Under the pieces are notes generated by a model. The model did no database searches and had not been told where the DNA came from. It was given only the letters and a program-made list of their open reading frames with translations. DNA of 64,000 nt from Squalus acanthias (lineage: Eukaryota): NCBI GenBank assembly GCA_030390025.1, contig JASTWF010000109.1, forward strand, positions 248,001-312,000, in the 5' to 3' direction. Below, one piece after another: positions 48,601-63,200 of the stretch; within the stretch, counting starts at the first letter, position 1; each line of letters begins with the position of its first letter. Position numbers and translations under genes: made by a program.

Positions 48601-49400
48601 AAACTGTCCCATCAATCACTCCCAGGGCTGTGTCAGCACGGGTTAGATACAGAGAAAATCTCCCTCTACAATTTCCAACAAACTTCCCCAGGGCAGGTAC
48701 AGCAAGGTTTGGATAAAAAGTAAAGCTCCCTCTAGACTGTCCCATCAAACACTCCGAGGCCAGGTACAGCAAAGTTTACAAACAGAGTAAAGCTCGCTCT
48801 ACAATGTCACATGGAACACACCCAGGGCATGTACAGCAAGGGTTAGATACAGATTGGAGGTACCGCTAAACTGTCCCATCAATCACTCACAGGGCAGGGA
48901 CAGCACATGTCAGATACAGAGTAAAGATCCCTCTGAACTGTCCGGTCAATCCCTCCCAGGGCAGGTACAGTACGGGTGAGATACAGAGTAAACGTCTCTC
49001 TAAACTGTTCCATCAATCACTCCCAGGGCAGAGTCTGCACGGGTTAGATACAGAGTAAAGATCGCTCTCAACTGTCTCATCAAACGCTCCCAGGTCAGAC
49101 ACCGCACGTGTTTGATACAGAGTAATGTTCCCAGTAAACTGTCCCGTCAATCACTCCCAGTGCAGGGATAGCACGGGTTAGATATCGCGTAAAGCTACCT
49201 CAAAACTGTCCCATCAATCACTCCCAGTGCAGGGGCAGCACGGGTTAGATACGGATTAAATTTTCTCAACACTTTCCCATCAAACTCTTCCAAGCCAGGT
49301 ACAGCAAGGTTTAGGAACAAAGTAAAGCTCCCTCTACACTGTCCCATAAAACACCCCCAGGGCAGATACAGCAAGGGTTAAATTCAGAGCAAAGTTCAGA
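45680..49400 (+). repeat. 67-bp satellite array
   Basis: AGTAAAGCTCCCTCTACACTGTCCCATCAAACACTCCCAGGGCAGGTACAGCACGGGTTAGATACAG units. Confidence 0.95.
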
Positions 49401-51888
49401 GAAGTGTATAATTAATACGGTAATAATAGTAGGGGATTTCAACTTCTCCAATATTAACTGTGATAGTCAGAGTGTGAAAGGCTTAGAGGTTGTGGAATTC
49501 TTAAGGTGCATCCAGGAGTTCTTTTTGAGCCAGCATGTAGAAAGTCCTTCAAAACAGGGGGCGGTACTGAACCTTATTCTAGGGAATGGAGGCGGGCAAC
49601 TGATAGACGTGTCAGTTGGAGAGCATTTTGTTGAAAGTTACCATAATTCCGTGAGATTTAAGGTAGTCATGGAAAAGGACAAAGATGGACCGGAAATAAA
49701 GGTTTGTAATTGGGGAAGGCCGATTGTAATATGATAAGGCAGGATTTGGCCAAAGTGGACTCGGATCAGCTACTTGTCGGAAAATCCACATCAGAGCAGT
49801 AGGAGTCATTCAGAAAGGAAATAGAGAGAGTACAGCGCAAAAATGTTCCCATAAAGGTCAAGGGTGGGACAACAAATCCAGGGAACCCTGGATGACAAGG
49901 GATATACAAGAATGGATTAGGAATAAAAGTGAGGTTTTGGCAGATACAAAGGACTAACAACAGTGGAAGCCCTAGAGGGGTATATAAAGTGCAGGGGGTA
50001 CTTAAAAACGAAATTAGGAGACCGAAGAGGGGCATGAAAAAACAATGGCGGGCAAAATAAAGGAAAATCCCAAAGTGTTTTTTATGTATATTAGGGGAAA
50101 GAGTAGGGCTCATTAAGGACCAAAGTGGCGATCTGTGTTTAGAGCCGGAAGATGTAGGTGAGGTTTTAAATGAATATTTAGCACCTGTGTTCACTATGGA
50201 GAAGGAAGATATAGGCATATAAATCAGGCAGTGGGATTGTGATATACTTGAACAAATTAGTGTTGAGCGGGAGGAGGTATTATCGGTTTTAGCGTGTTTA
50301 AAAGTGGATAAATCCCTAGGCCCAGACGGGATGTATCCCAGGCTGCTGTGTGAGGCAAGGGATGAGATTGCAGGGGCTCTGACACAAATTTTGAGAATCT
50401 CTCTGGCCACAGGGGAGGTGCCAGAGGACGAGAGGAAAGCTAACTTAGTACCATTATTCAAGAAGAGTAGTAGGGACAAACCAGGGAATAAAAGGCCAGT
50501 GAGCCTAACATCAGTGGAATGGAAATTATTGGAAACAATTCTGAGGGACAGAATTATTCACCACTTGGCGAGGCAAAGAATAATCAAGGATAGTCAGCAT
50601 GGCTTTGTCAGGGGTAGATCATGTCTAACCAATTTGATTGAATTTTTCGAGGGGTTGACTAAGTGTGTGGATGAGGGTAGTGCAGTTGATGTAGTCTACA
50701 TGGACTTCAGTATGGCTTTTGACAACGTCCCGCATGGAAGGCTGGTCAAGAAGGTAAGAGCACGTGGCATCCAGGGCAATTTGGCACATTGGATCCAAAA
50801 TTGACTTATTGGCAGGTGGCAGAGAGTGATGGTCGAAGGTTGTTTTTGTGACTGGAATCCTGTGTCCAGTGGTGTACCGCAGGGATCGGTGCTGGGTCCT
50901 TTGCTGTTTGTAGTTTACATTAATGATAAAGATATGAATGTAAGAGGTATGATCAGTAAGTTCTCAGATGACACGAAAATTGGTGGAGTGATAAATAGCG
51001 AGGAGGGAAGCCTCAGGCTACAGGACGATATAGACGGGCTGGTCAGATGGGCAGAACAGTGGCAAATGGAATTTAACCCTAAAAAGTGTGAGGTGATGCA
51101 TTTTGGGAGGACTAACAAGCCAAGTGAATACACAATGAATGGTAGGACCCTAGGAAGGACACAGGATCAGAGGGACCTTGGTGTGCATGTACATAGATCC
51201 CTGAAGGCAACAAGACAGGTAGATAAGGTGGTTAAAAAGCCATATGTGATACTTGCCTTCATTAGCCGAGGCATAGAATATAAGAGCAGGGAGGTTATGA
51301 TGGAGCTGTACAAAACGCTAGTTAGGCCAGAGCTGGAATAATGTGTGCAGTTCTGGTCGCCACACTATAGGAAGGATGTGATTGCATTGGAGATTGTGCA
51401 AAGGAGATTCACCAGGATGTTACCTGGGTTGGAGCGCTTCAGCTATGAAGAGAGCCTGGACAGGCTGTGGTTGTTTTCCTTAGAGCAGAGAAGGCTGATA
51501 GGGGACCTGATTGAGGTGTAAAAATTATGAGCGGCTTCGATAGGGTAGATAAAAAAGGAACTTTTCCCCCTCGTAGAGGAGACAATAACCAGGGGGCATA
51601 GTTTCAAGGTAAGGCGCAGGAGGTTTAGAGGGAATTTGAGGAAATACTTTTTCCCCCAATGGGTGGTTGGAATCTGGAACTCACTGACTGAAAGTGTGGT
51701 AGAGGCAGGAAAAATCACAACATGCAGGAAACATTTAGATGAGTACATAAAACGCCATAGCATAGAAGGCTATGGACCAAGTGCTGGAAAATGGGTTTTA
51801 GAATAGACAGGGCTTAATGGCCGGCGGGGACACGAGGGGCCGAAGGTCCACTTTCTGTGCTGTATTACTCGATGAAATTATGACTCCG
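49400..51888 (+). mobile_element. 5'-truncated CR1-type LINE inserted in the satellite
   Basis: ORFs 49474-49734, 50304-50804, 50826-51341 (GVPQGSVLGP, FSDDTK); similar to the element at 7472-10460. Confidence 0.93.
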
Positions 51889-51889
51889 T

Positions 51890-54290
51890 GTTCACTGACA
51901 CATCAATCAAACCCAGGACAGGTACCGCATGGGTTAGATACAGGTTAAACGTCCCTCTATACTATCCCAAAATTCACTGCCAGGGCAGGGACAGCACGGG
52001 TTAGATATAGAGTAAAGGTCCCTCTAAACTGTCCTGTCAATTAATCCCAGGGCAGGGACAACACGGGTTAGGTACAGTTTGAAACTCCCTGTACACTTTT
52101 CCATCAAACGCTCCTAGGGCAAGTACAGCAAGGTTTGGATGAAGAGTAAAGCTCCCTCGACACTGTCCCATCAAACACTCCCAGGGCAGGAACAGCAAGT
52201 ATCAGATACAGTTTAAAGCTCCCTCTAAACTGTCCCATTAATTACTCCCAAGGCATGGAGAGCACGTGTTAGATACAGAGTGAAGGTCCCTCTAACCTGT
52301 CCCATCGATAACTCCCAGGGTAGCGACAGCACGGTGTAAATGCATAGGAATGGTCCCTCTCAATTGACCCTACAAACTCTGCCATGGCAGGTTCAGCAAA
52401 GGGTAGATACAGAGTAAAGCTCAATCTACACTGTCCCATCAACACTCCCATGGTAGGTACAACAAGGGTGAGATACAGAGTGAAGGTCCCTCTAAACTGT
52501 CCCATCAATTCCGCCCAAGGCATGCACAGCACGGGTTAGACACAGCTTAAAACACCCTCGAAACTGTCCCTTTTTTCACTCCCAGGGCAGGGACAGCACG
52601 TGTTATATACACATTAAAGTTCCCTGAAACTGTCACAGCAATCACTCCCAGGGCAGTGACAGCATGGTTTAATACCAAAGTAATGAACCTTCTAAACTGT
52701 CCCATCAAAAACTCTCAGGGCAGGTGCAGAAAAGTTTATATACAGAGTAAAGCTACCTCTAAACTGTCCCATCAAACACTCACAGGGCAGGGAAAGCATG
52801 AGTTCGATACAGAGTAAAGGTCCCTCTAAATTGTCCCATCAATCACTCCCAGGAAAGTGACAGCACAGGATAGAGGCAGAGTAAAGTTCCTCTAAACTGT
52901 CCCATAAATAACTCCCTGGACAGGGAGAGCACGGTTTAAATACATATAATGGACCCTCTATACTGTCGCATCAAACAATCCCAGGGCAGGTACAGCGATG
53001 GCTAGATACAGAGCAAATCTCAATCTACACTCTCCCATCAAGCACTCCCAGGGTATGAACAGCAAGGGTTAGATACAGAGTGAAGGTCGCTCTAAACTGT
53101 CCCATCAATCACTCCCAAGGCAGGGACAGCACGTGTTAGATACAGATTAAACGTCCCTTAAACAGCCCCAGCAATCACTCCCAGGGCAGGGAGAGCATGG
53201 TTTAAAACAAAGTTAAGGTCACTCTAAACTGTCCCAACAAACACTACCAGGGCAGTTATAGCACGTGTTAGATACAAAGTAAAGGTCCATCTAAAGGGAC
53301 CCATCAAACTTTCTCAGGGCAGGAACAGCAAGGTTTAGATACAGAGTAAAGGTCCCAGTAAACTGTCCCATCAATCACTCCCAGGGCAGGGAGAGCATGG
53401 TTTAAATACATAGTAATGGACATTCCATCCTATCCCATCAAACAATCCCTGGGCAGCTACAGCAAATGTTAGATAAAGAGTAAAGCTACCTCTACACTGT
53501 CCCATTAAACACTCCCAGGAGAGGTACAGCAAGGGTTAGATACAGAGTGAAGGCCCATCTAAACTGCCCAATCAATCACTCCCAGGGCAGCGACAGCATG
53601 TGTTTGATACAGAGTAAATATCACTCTAAAATGTCCCATCAATCAGTACCAGGGCAGGGACAGCACGGGTTAGATACAACGTAAAGCTCCCCTCTACACT
53701 GTCCCCATCAAGCACTCCCAGGGCAGGTACAGCACGGGTTATCTTCAGCGTAAAGCTCGCTCATAACTGTCCCATCAATAATTGCCTGGGCAGTGATAGC
53801 AGGGGTGAATTTCATATTAAAGGTCCCTCTGACCTGTCGCATCAAACAATCCCAGGTCAGGTATCGCACCTGTTAGATACAGAATAAATCTCCCTCTACA
53901 CTTTCCCATCAAAAACTCCCAGCGCAGGGACAGCACGTGTTAGATAGAGAGTAAATGTCCCTATAAACTGCCCCAGCAATCAATCACAGTGCAGGGACAG
54001 CACGGGTTAAATACATAGCAATGGTCCCTCTAAACTGTGTCATCAAACAATCCCAGGGCAGTTACAGCACGTGTTAGATACAGAACAAAGCCTCGAATAA
54101 ACTGTCCCATCCAACAAAGCCATGGATTGTACTGCATGTGTTAGGTCAAGGATAAATCAAGCACTCCCATGGAAGGTACAGCACGGGTTAGTTAAAGAAT
54201 AAAGCTACCTTTTCACTATCCAATCAAACACTCCCAGAGCAGTTACAGCTCGTGTTAGATAAAGAGTAAAGATCCCTCTAAAGACAATGA
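51890..54290 (+). repeat. 67-bp satellite array
   Basis: Same unit. Confidence 0.95.
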
Positions 54291-54949
54291 CCCATTCTTT
54301 AGAGGCAAGACAGGAGTTGGGAAAGGAGAGAGAGTCAGAGAGGGTGCCGACAGAGGGAATTTTCACAAACACATTTGCCATGTGGCTATGTACGGTGACT
54401 AGAGGGAGTCTTTCCCCATTCTGTCCCTGGATATCATCTTTACTTTATTTTCCTTTTACTTAGAGAAATGTCCCAACAATCAATAGTTGCTGGAATCCGT
54501 TGGGGCATTTGCATTTCGCTCTCTCTATTTCTGTGCTGTGTCGGTGGGGAAACATGTATCGTGTTTCTGTCGCTCAATGCTCAAATCTGGGATTTCTATT
54601 TCTGTGTTTATTTACATAAACGCCTCACTGGTTTCCATTATTGAACACAGCAGCAAAATCTCGACAACAAAGTCAGTTATTTATTCGTTTCAACTCACAA
54701 CAAGGGTTTATTTTAAGAATATTGACAGTTGGTACAGAATGAACAGAAATATCTCGAACATTGTCATCGGTTACAGTTTTGTTCAATAAGAACAGATGTG
54801 ATTTATATCAAAGGGAAAATAATAAAATTAAAAATTTAGTTCTGAAAATTCTGCTGAAAAAATCAATGGGACATCTCTGAACAGGCTGGTATTTCACTGG
54901 ATGTCCATTTAGCGGAAGTTTCAAACAATTTAAACTAAACAATTTAAGA

Positions 54950-56080
54950 GAGTGACCGGAGGAGCTGGGGGTAATATAGTGACAAGGATAGAGGATAGGC
55001 TGACGGACAGAAACAGAGAGTTGGGATAAACGGGTCTGTTTCAAGTTGGCAGGCTGTAAATAGTGGGGAGCCGCAAGGATCAGTGCTGGGGCCTCAGATA
55101 TTTACAATCTATATTAATGACCTAGATGAAGGGACAGAGTGTAATTTATCCAAGTTTGCTGACGATACAAAGCTAGGTGGGACAGTAAGCTGCGAGGAGA
55201 ACACAATGAGTCTGCAAAGAGATATAGATAGACCAAGTGAGTGGGCAGTAAAGTGGCAGATGGAGTGTAATGTAGGGAAATGTGAGTTTATTCACCTTAG
55301 TAGGTAGAATAGAAAAACAGAATATTTTTAAATTGGTGAGAAACTTTTGAATGTGGATGTACAGAGAGATTTGGGTGTCCCCGTGCAAGAAACACAGAAA
55401 GCTAGCATGCAGGTACAGCAGTCAATAAGGAAGGCAAATGACATAATGGCCTTTATTGCAAGGATTCAGGAGTATGAGAGAAAGGAAGTCTTTCCACAAT
55501 TGTACCGGGCCTTGGTGAGACCATACCTAGAGTACTGTGCACTGTTTTGGTTTCCTTATCTAAGGAAGGATATACTTGCCTTCGAGGCGGTGCAACGAAA
55601 GTTCACTAGATTGATTCCTGGGATGAGAGGGCTGTCCTATGATGAGAGATTGTGTACAATGGTCCTATACTCTTTGGAGTTTAGAAGAATGTGAGGTGAT
55701 CTCATTGTAACATACAAGATACTGAAGGGGATTGACAGGGTCAATGCTGAGAGTTTTTTTTTCTCTGACTGGAGCGTCTATAACTAGGGGGCATATTCTC
55801 AGGATAAGTGTTAGGCCATTAAAGACTGAGATGAGGAGGAAACTCTTCACTCAGAGGGCTTTGAATCTTTGGAATTCTCTGCTCCAGATGCTCAGTCGTT
55901 GAATATATGCAAGGCTGAGATAGATAGATTTTTGGACTCTAAGCGAATCAAGGTAAATGGAGATCGGGCGGGAAAGTGGAGTTGAGTTGGATGATGAGCC
56001 ATGATCTTATTGAAAGGCGGAGCAGGCTCGAGGGGCTGTATGTCCGACTTCTGTTATTATTTCTAATTTTCTTATGTTCT
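54950..56080 (+). mobile_element. 5'-truncated CR1/L2-type LINE
   Basis: QGSVLGPQ.FTIYINDL, KFADDTK, YLEYC, LEFRRM; TTCTTATG-type tail. Confidence 0.88.
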
Positions 56081-56089
56081 CTTCATCCT

Positions 56090-58010
56090 CCCATCCATCA
56101 ATCCCAAGGCAGGTAGAGCACGGGTTACATACAGAGTTAAGCTCCTTCTACACTGTCCCATCAAACACTGTCAACCCAGGGACAGCACGGACCAGATAGA
56201 GAGTAAAATTTCCTTTACACTGTCCAGTCAAACACTCCCAGGGCAGGTACAGCACGGGTTATATACAGTGTAAAGCTCCCTCCAAAATGGCCCATCAATC
56301 AATCCCAGAACAGTTACAACGTGGTTTAGTTCAAGAGCAGAATTCCATCTAATTGGCCCATCAAACACTCCCAGGGCAGTTACAGCCAAGGTTAGCAACA
56401 GAGTAAAGCACATTTTGCACTGACCCATCAAACAATTCCAGGGCAGGAACTGCAGGGGTTTGATAGCGAGTGCAGCTCCCAGTACACTTTCCCATTGAAC
56501 ACTCCCGTGCGAGGTACAGCACGGATTGGATACAGAGTAAAACTCCTTCTACACTTTCGTTTCAAACATTCTCAGGACTGGTACAGCTTGCGTTATGCAT
56601 AGAGTAAAGCTCCCTCTGCACTGTCCCATCCAACAATCCCAGTGCAGGTACAGCACGCATTATATACACAAATATGCTCCTTTTGCACTTTATCTTCAAA
56701 CACACTCAGAACAGGTACAGCATGCGTTATGTATAGTGTAAAGGTGCTTCTGCACTCTCCCATTCAACACTATCAGGGCAGGTACAGCATGGGTTAGGTC
56801 CAAAGTAAAAATACGTCTAAACTGTCACATCAATCACTTCCAGGACAGGTTTAGCACGGGTTAGATGCAGAATAAAGCTCCCTCTAAAGTACCCAATTAA
56901 AACATTCCAGGGCAGTTACAGCACGTGTTAGATACAGAGTAAAGACCCCTCTACACTGTCCCATCCAACACTGCCAGGGAATACACAGCATTTTTTAGTT
57001 AAAGAATATATCAAGCACTCCCATGGAAGTTGCAGCACCGGTTAGTTAAAGAGTAAATCTCCCTCTATGCTCTGCCATCAATAACTCCCAGGGCAGGTAC
57101 AGCACAGATTAGACACAGAAAAGATCCATCTGCACTGTTCCACAATGCAATCCCAGTGCAGGTACAGCACGGGTTAGATAAAGGTTATACCTCCCTCTAC
57201 ACTTTCCCATCAAACACTTCCATGGCAGTTTAAACACGGTTAGATACAGATTAAAGATCCATTTACACTGTCCAATCGAACACTCCCAGGGCATGTACAA
57301 CAATGGTTGGATTAGAATAAGGCTCGCTCTACACTGTCCCATCTAACACTCCCAGGGCAGGCACAGCACGGGATGGATCAGAGTAAAGCTTGCTCTGCAC
57401 TGTCTCATTAATTACTCCCAGGGCAGGCACAGCACGGGATGGATCAGAGTAAAGCTTCCTCTGCACTGTGCCATCAAACACTCCCCGTGCAGTTACAGCA
57501 CGGGTTAAATACAAAATAAAGGTTCCTCTAAACTGTCCCATCAATCACTCCCAGGGCAGGATAGCACGGAATGGATGCAGAGTAAAGCTACCTCTGCAAT
57601 GTCCCAGCTAACCCTCCCAGAACAGGTACAGCACGAGTTAGAAACAGAATAAAGCTTCCTCTGCATTGTGCCATCAAACAATCCCCATGCATTTACAGCA
57701 TTGGTTAGATACAAAGTAAAGGTCCCTCTAAACTGTCCCATGCGTCACTCCCAGGGCAAGGACTGCACGGATAATATATACAGAGTAAATCTCCCTCTAT
57801 ACTTCCCCATCAAACGCTCCCAGGGCAGGTGCAGCACGGGTTCGATACAGAGTAAAGCTCCCTCTACACTGTCCCATCAATCACTCCCAGGGCAGGTAAA
57901 GCAAGGGTGAGACACTATGTAAAGCTCCCTCTAAACCGTCCAATCCAACACTCCCAGATCATTGAATTCGCAAGAAACATTTTACTGTAAATCTCCCTCT
58001 GCACTCCCAT
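56090..58010 (+). repeat. 67-bp satellite array
   Basis: Same unit. Confidence 0.93.
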
Positions 58011-58704
58011 CGATTTGGTTCGAGGTCTAGATTTATGTCTGAGGGAAATCTTTTCTAAGACGTTTGTCGTCTTGTTGTAGGAAAGAGAGGCAGAGAGGGA
58101 GAGGATATAGGACATTTTCACAAACACATTTGCCATGTCGCTATATACGGTGACTATCGGGAAACATTCCCCATTCTGTCCGTGGATGTCAACTTTACTT
58201 GATTTTCCTTTAAATTAGAGAAATGTCCCAACAATCAATAGATGCTGGAACCCGTTGGGACATTTGCATTTCGATCTCTAGATTTATGTTCTGTGTTGGT
58301 GGGGAAAAATTCATTGTTTTTCTGTCGCTCAATGCTCTAATCTGGGACTTCTATTTCTGTGTTTATTTACATAAACGCCTCACTGGTTTCCATGAAGTGA
58401 ACATGGCAGCAAAACCAGGTCAACAAAGTCACTTTTTGATTCATTTCAACTCACAACAAGGGTTTATTTTAAGAATATTTACAGTTGTTACAGAATGAAT
58501 AGAAATATCTCGAACATTGGCATCGGTTACAGTTTTGTTCAATAAGAACAGATGTGATTTATATGAAAGGAAAAATATTAAAATTAAAAATTCAGTTCTG
58601 AAAATTCTGCTGAAAAAATCAATGAGAAATTTCTGAATAGGCTGGTATTTCACTGGATGTTCATTTTGCGGAAGCTTCAAGACATTTAAACTAAACAAGT
58701 TAAG

Positions 58705-59458
58705 ATAGTGACCAGAGGATTTGGGGGTAATATGGTAACATGGATATAGGATAGGTTAACGGACAAAAACAGAGAGTAAGGATAAACGGGTCTGTTTCAG
58801 GTTGGCAGGCTGTAACTAGTCGGGAGGCGCAAGGTTCAGTGCTGGGGCCTCAGCTATTTACAATCTGTATTAATGTCCTAGATGAAGGGACAGGGTGTAA
58901 TGTATCCAAGTTTGCTAACGATACAAAGCTGTATGGGACAGTAAGCTGTGAGGAGAACGCAAATAATCTGCAAAGGGATATAGATAGACTAAGTGAGTGG
59001 GCAGTAATGTGGCAGATGTAGTATAATGTAGGGAAATGCGAGCTTATTCACGTTGTTATGTAGAATAGAAAAACAGAATATTTTCAAATTGGTGAGAAAC
59101 TTTTGAATGTTGATGTTCAGAGAGATTTGGGTGTCCCGTGCAAGAAACACAAAAAGCTAGCCTGCAGATACAGCAAGCAATAAGAAAGGCAAATGACATG
59201 TTGGCATTTAATGCAATGCGTTTGGAGTATAAGAGCAAGGAAGTCTTGCTACAATTGTACAGGGCCTTGGTGAGACCACACCTGGAGTACTTTGCACTGC
59301 TTTGGTTTCCTTATCTAAGGAAGGATATACTTGCCTTCGAGGCGGTGCAACGAAGGTTCACGAGATTAATTCCTGGGATGAGAGGACTGTGTTATGATTA
59401 GAGATTGTGTAGAATGGGCCTATATTCTCTGGAGTTTAGAAGAATGAGAGGTGATTTC
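58705..59458 (+). mobile_element. Duplicate of the 54950 LINE, truncated at its 3' side
   Basis: Collinear with 54950-55700. Confidence 0.85.
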
Positions 59459-59459
59459 A

Positions 59460-60205
59460 TGGCCTGCTCTTCTACACACTTTATGGAAGCAGGGTTGGTC
59501 CCCTGGCTTGGTGTTTATGGTAGAGTGAGGGATATGCCGGGCCATGAGGTTATAGAATGTGCTGGAAAAAATTCTGCTGCTGCTGATGGCCCACAGCTTC
59601 TCATGGATGCCCAGTTTTGAGCTGCTAGATGTGTCCTGAAACTATGCCATTTAGCACGGTGGTAGTGCCACACAACACGATGGAGGGTGTCCTCAGTGTG
59701 AAGACGGACTTCGTCTCCACAATGAATGTGCCGTGGTCACTTCTCCCAATACAGTAATGGCCAGATGAATCTGCAACAGGTAAATTGGTGAGGACGATTT
59801 CAAGTAGGTTTTGCCCTCGTGTTGGTTCTCTCACGACCTGTCGCAGGCTCAGACTGGCAGTTATGTCCTTCAGGTCTCGGCCAGCACGGTCAGTAGTGGA
59901 ACTACTGAGCCACTCTTGGTGATGGACATTGAAGTCCCACACCATGAGTACATTCTGTGCCCTTGCTACTCTCAATGATTCTACCAAGTGACGTTCAACA
60001 TGGATGAGTATTGATCCATCTGCTGAGGGAGGGCAGTAGGTGGTAATCAGCAGGAGGTTTTTTTGCCAATGCTTGACCTGAAGCCATGAGACTTCATGGT
60101 GCCCGGAGTCAATTTTGAGGACTCCCAGGACAACTCCTTCCCGACTGTATATAACTGTGCCACCATTCCTGGTGTGTCTTTCCTGCCGCTGTGACATGAC
60201 ATATA
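59460..60205 (-). mobile_element. Fragment of a different non-LTR retrotransposon (APE endonuclease domain)
   Basis: ORF 59625-60197: GGT, YCPP, DFNVHHQEWL, PTRGQNLLE, SDH. Confidence 0.8.
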
Positions 60206-60259
60206 AAGGTATGGTGCTGGAGGAGATTGGGACATCATTGATGGAACAGTAGAATTTCC

Positions 60260-63200
60260 TATAACTGCTCCATCAAACACTCCCAGGGAAATTACTGCCC
60301 AAGTTAGCAATAGGGTAAAACTCCCTCTACACTGACCGTTCACAAACTCCCAGTGCAGGTTCTGCGCTGGTTTGATACAGAGAAAAACTACCACTATACT
60401 GTCCCTTCGAACACTCGCATGGTAGGCTCCGAACAGGTTGGATGCAGAGTAAAGCTCCCTCTACTCTGCAACATCAAACACTCCCAGGGCTGGTACAGCA
60501 CGGATTAGCTCCAGAGTAAAGATCCTTCTACATTTACTATTCAAACACTCCCAGGGCATGTACAGGATGCGATATGTACAGAGAAAAGCACCCTCTACAC
60601 TGTCCCATCCAACACTCAAAGGGCAGGTACAGCATGATTTAGGTCCAGTGTAAAATTCCGCCTACACTCTCCCATCAGTCACTCCCAGGTCAGGTAAAGC
60701 TCGGGTTAGATACAGAGTAAAGCTCACTCGACATTATCCCATCAAACACTCCCCGTGCAGGTAGAGCACGGATTAAATTCAAAGTAAAGCTCCCACTTCA
60801 CTGTCCCAGAAAGCATTCCCAGGGCATGGACCGCACGGACTAGATACAGAGTAAATATCCCTCTACACTGTTTCAAACAACACTCCCCATGCAGGTACAG
60901 CACTGGTTGGATACAGAGTAAAACTCCTTCTACATCCTGCCATCATACAATCCCAGTGCAATGTACAGTACAGTTTAGATAAAGAGTAAAGCTCAATCTA
61001 AACTTTCCCATCAAACACTACAAGAGAATTGACAGCACGGGTTATATACAGAGTAAAGCTCCCTCCAAAATAGCCCATCAATCAATACCAGAACAGGTCC
61101 AGCGTGGCTTAGCTCAGGAGTAGAATTCCCAGTGCAATGTACAGTACAGCTTAGATAAAGAGTAAAGCTCAATCTAAACTTTCCCATCAAACATTCCCAG
61201 GGCAGTTACAGCACGTGTTAGTTACAGAGTAATGCTGCCCCTACACTGTCCCATCCAACACTGCTAGGGAATGTACAGAATTTGTTAGTTAAATAATGAA
61301 TTATGCAGTCCCATGGAAGGTACAGCACGGGTTAGTTAAAGAGTAAATCTCCCTCAACACTGTGCCATAAATAACACCCAGGGCAGGTGCAGCACGAGTT
61401 AGATAAAGAGTAAAGCTCGCCCTACACTGTTCCATCCATCAATCCCAGGGCAGTGATTGCACGCACTAGATACAGATGAAAACACCCTCTACCGTGTGCC
61501 ATTAAACTCTCCCAGGGCAGGTAAAGCTCGGGTTAGATACAGAGTAAAGCTCCTTCTACACTTTCTCATCAAAATCTCTCAGGGCAGGTACAGCATGCGT
61601 TATGTATCGAGTAAAGCTCCCTCTACACTGCCACATCCAACCATCATATGGCAGGTACAGCATGGATTTGTTCCAGAGTATAAATCCGTTTAAATTTTCC
61701 AATCATACACTCCCAGGGCAGGTACAGCATTCGTCTTATACAGAGTAAAGCTCCTTCTAAACTGTCCCGTTCAACACTCCCAGAGAAGGTATTGCATGGT
61801 TTAGGTCCAGAGCTAGATTCCGTCTAAACTGTCCCATCAATCACTCCCAGGTCAGGTACAGCACGGTTTAGATACAGATTAAAGCTCCCTTTACACTGTC
61901 CTATCAAACACTCCCCGTGCAGGTACAGCACGGATTCAATTCAAAGTAAAGCTCCCTCTTCATTGTCCCATAAAACATTCCCAGGGCATGGACAGCATGG
62001 GTTATAAACAGTGTAAAGCATCCCACTACACTGCTCAATCAAACATTCCCACGGCAGGAACAGCAAGGGTTAGATAAAGAGTAAAAGTCCCACTTAACAG
62101 TCCCATCAATCTCTCGCAGGGCAGGTGCAGCAAAGGTTAGATACAGAGTAACTCTCCCTCTACACTGTCCCAACAAACAATCCAAGGGCAGGTACAGCAA
62201 GCGTTAGATACAGAGTAAATCTCCCTCTACACTTACCCATCAAAAAATCCCAGGGCAGGGACAGCACGTGTTAGATACAGATAAAAGATCCCTCTAAACT
62301 GTCCCATCAATCACTCCCAGGGCAGGAATGGCACGTGTAAGATACAGAGTAAATGATCCCTCTAAACTGTCCCATCAATCACTCCCAGGGCATGTACAGC
62401 AAGGGTTAGATACAGAGCAAAGTTCCCTCTACACTGTCACATCGAACAGTCCCAGGGCAGGTACAGCAAGTGTTAGATACAGAGTAAAGGTCCCAATAAA
62501 CTGTCCCATCCATCACTCCCATTGCAGGGAAAGCAAGTCTTCGATTCACAGTAAACTTCCCTCTAAACTCTCCCAGCAATCACTCGAAGGGCAGCGACAG
62601 ACCTGTATAAATCCATAGTAAAGATAACTCTAAACTGTCCCTTGGCAGGGTTAGCATGGGCTAGATACAGAGTACATTTCCCTCTACACTTTCCCATCAA
62701 ACAGTCCCAGGGCAGATACAGCAAAGGTTAGACACAGATTGAAGATCCCTCTAAACTGTCCTATCAATCTCTCCTAGGGCAGGGACAGCACGTGTTAGAT
62801 ATAGAGTAAAGGTCCCAATAAACAGTTCCATAAATTACTTCCAGGGCAGGGACAGCACGGGTTGGTACAGATTATATCTCCCTCTACACTTTCCCATCAA
62901 ACACTCCCAGGGAAGGTACAGCAAGATTTATATTCAGAATAAAGCTCCCTCTACACATTTCTATTGAACACTCCAAGGGCAGGTACAGCAAGAGTTGGAT
63001 AAAGAGTAAAGCTCCCTTTATACTGTCCATCAACCACTCCCAGGGCAGGTACAGCAAGTGTTAGATAAGCGTAAAGCTCCCTCTAAACTGTCCCATCAAT
63101 TACTCCCAGGGCAGGGACAGCAGGTGTTAGATACAGAGTAAAGTTCCCTCTAAACTGTCCCATCAATAACTCCCAGGGCAGGGACAGGACGATTTATATA

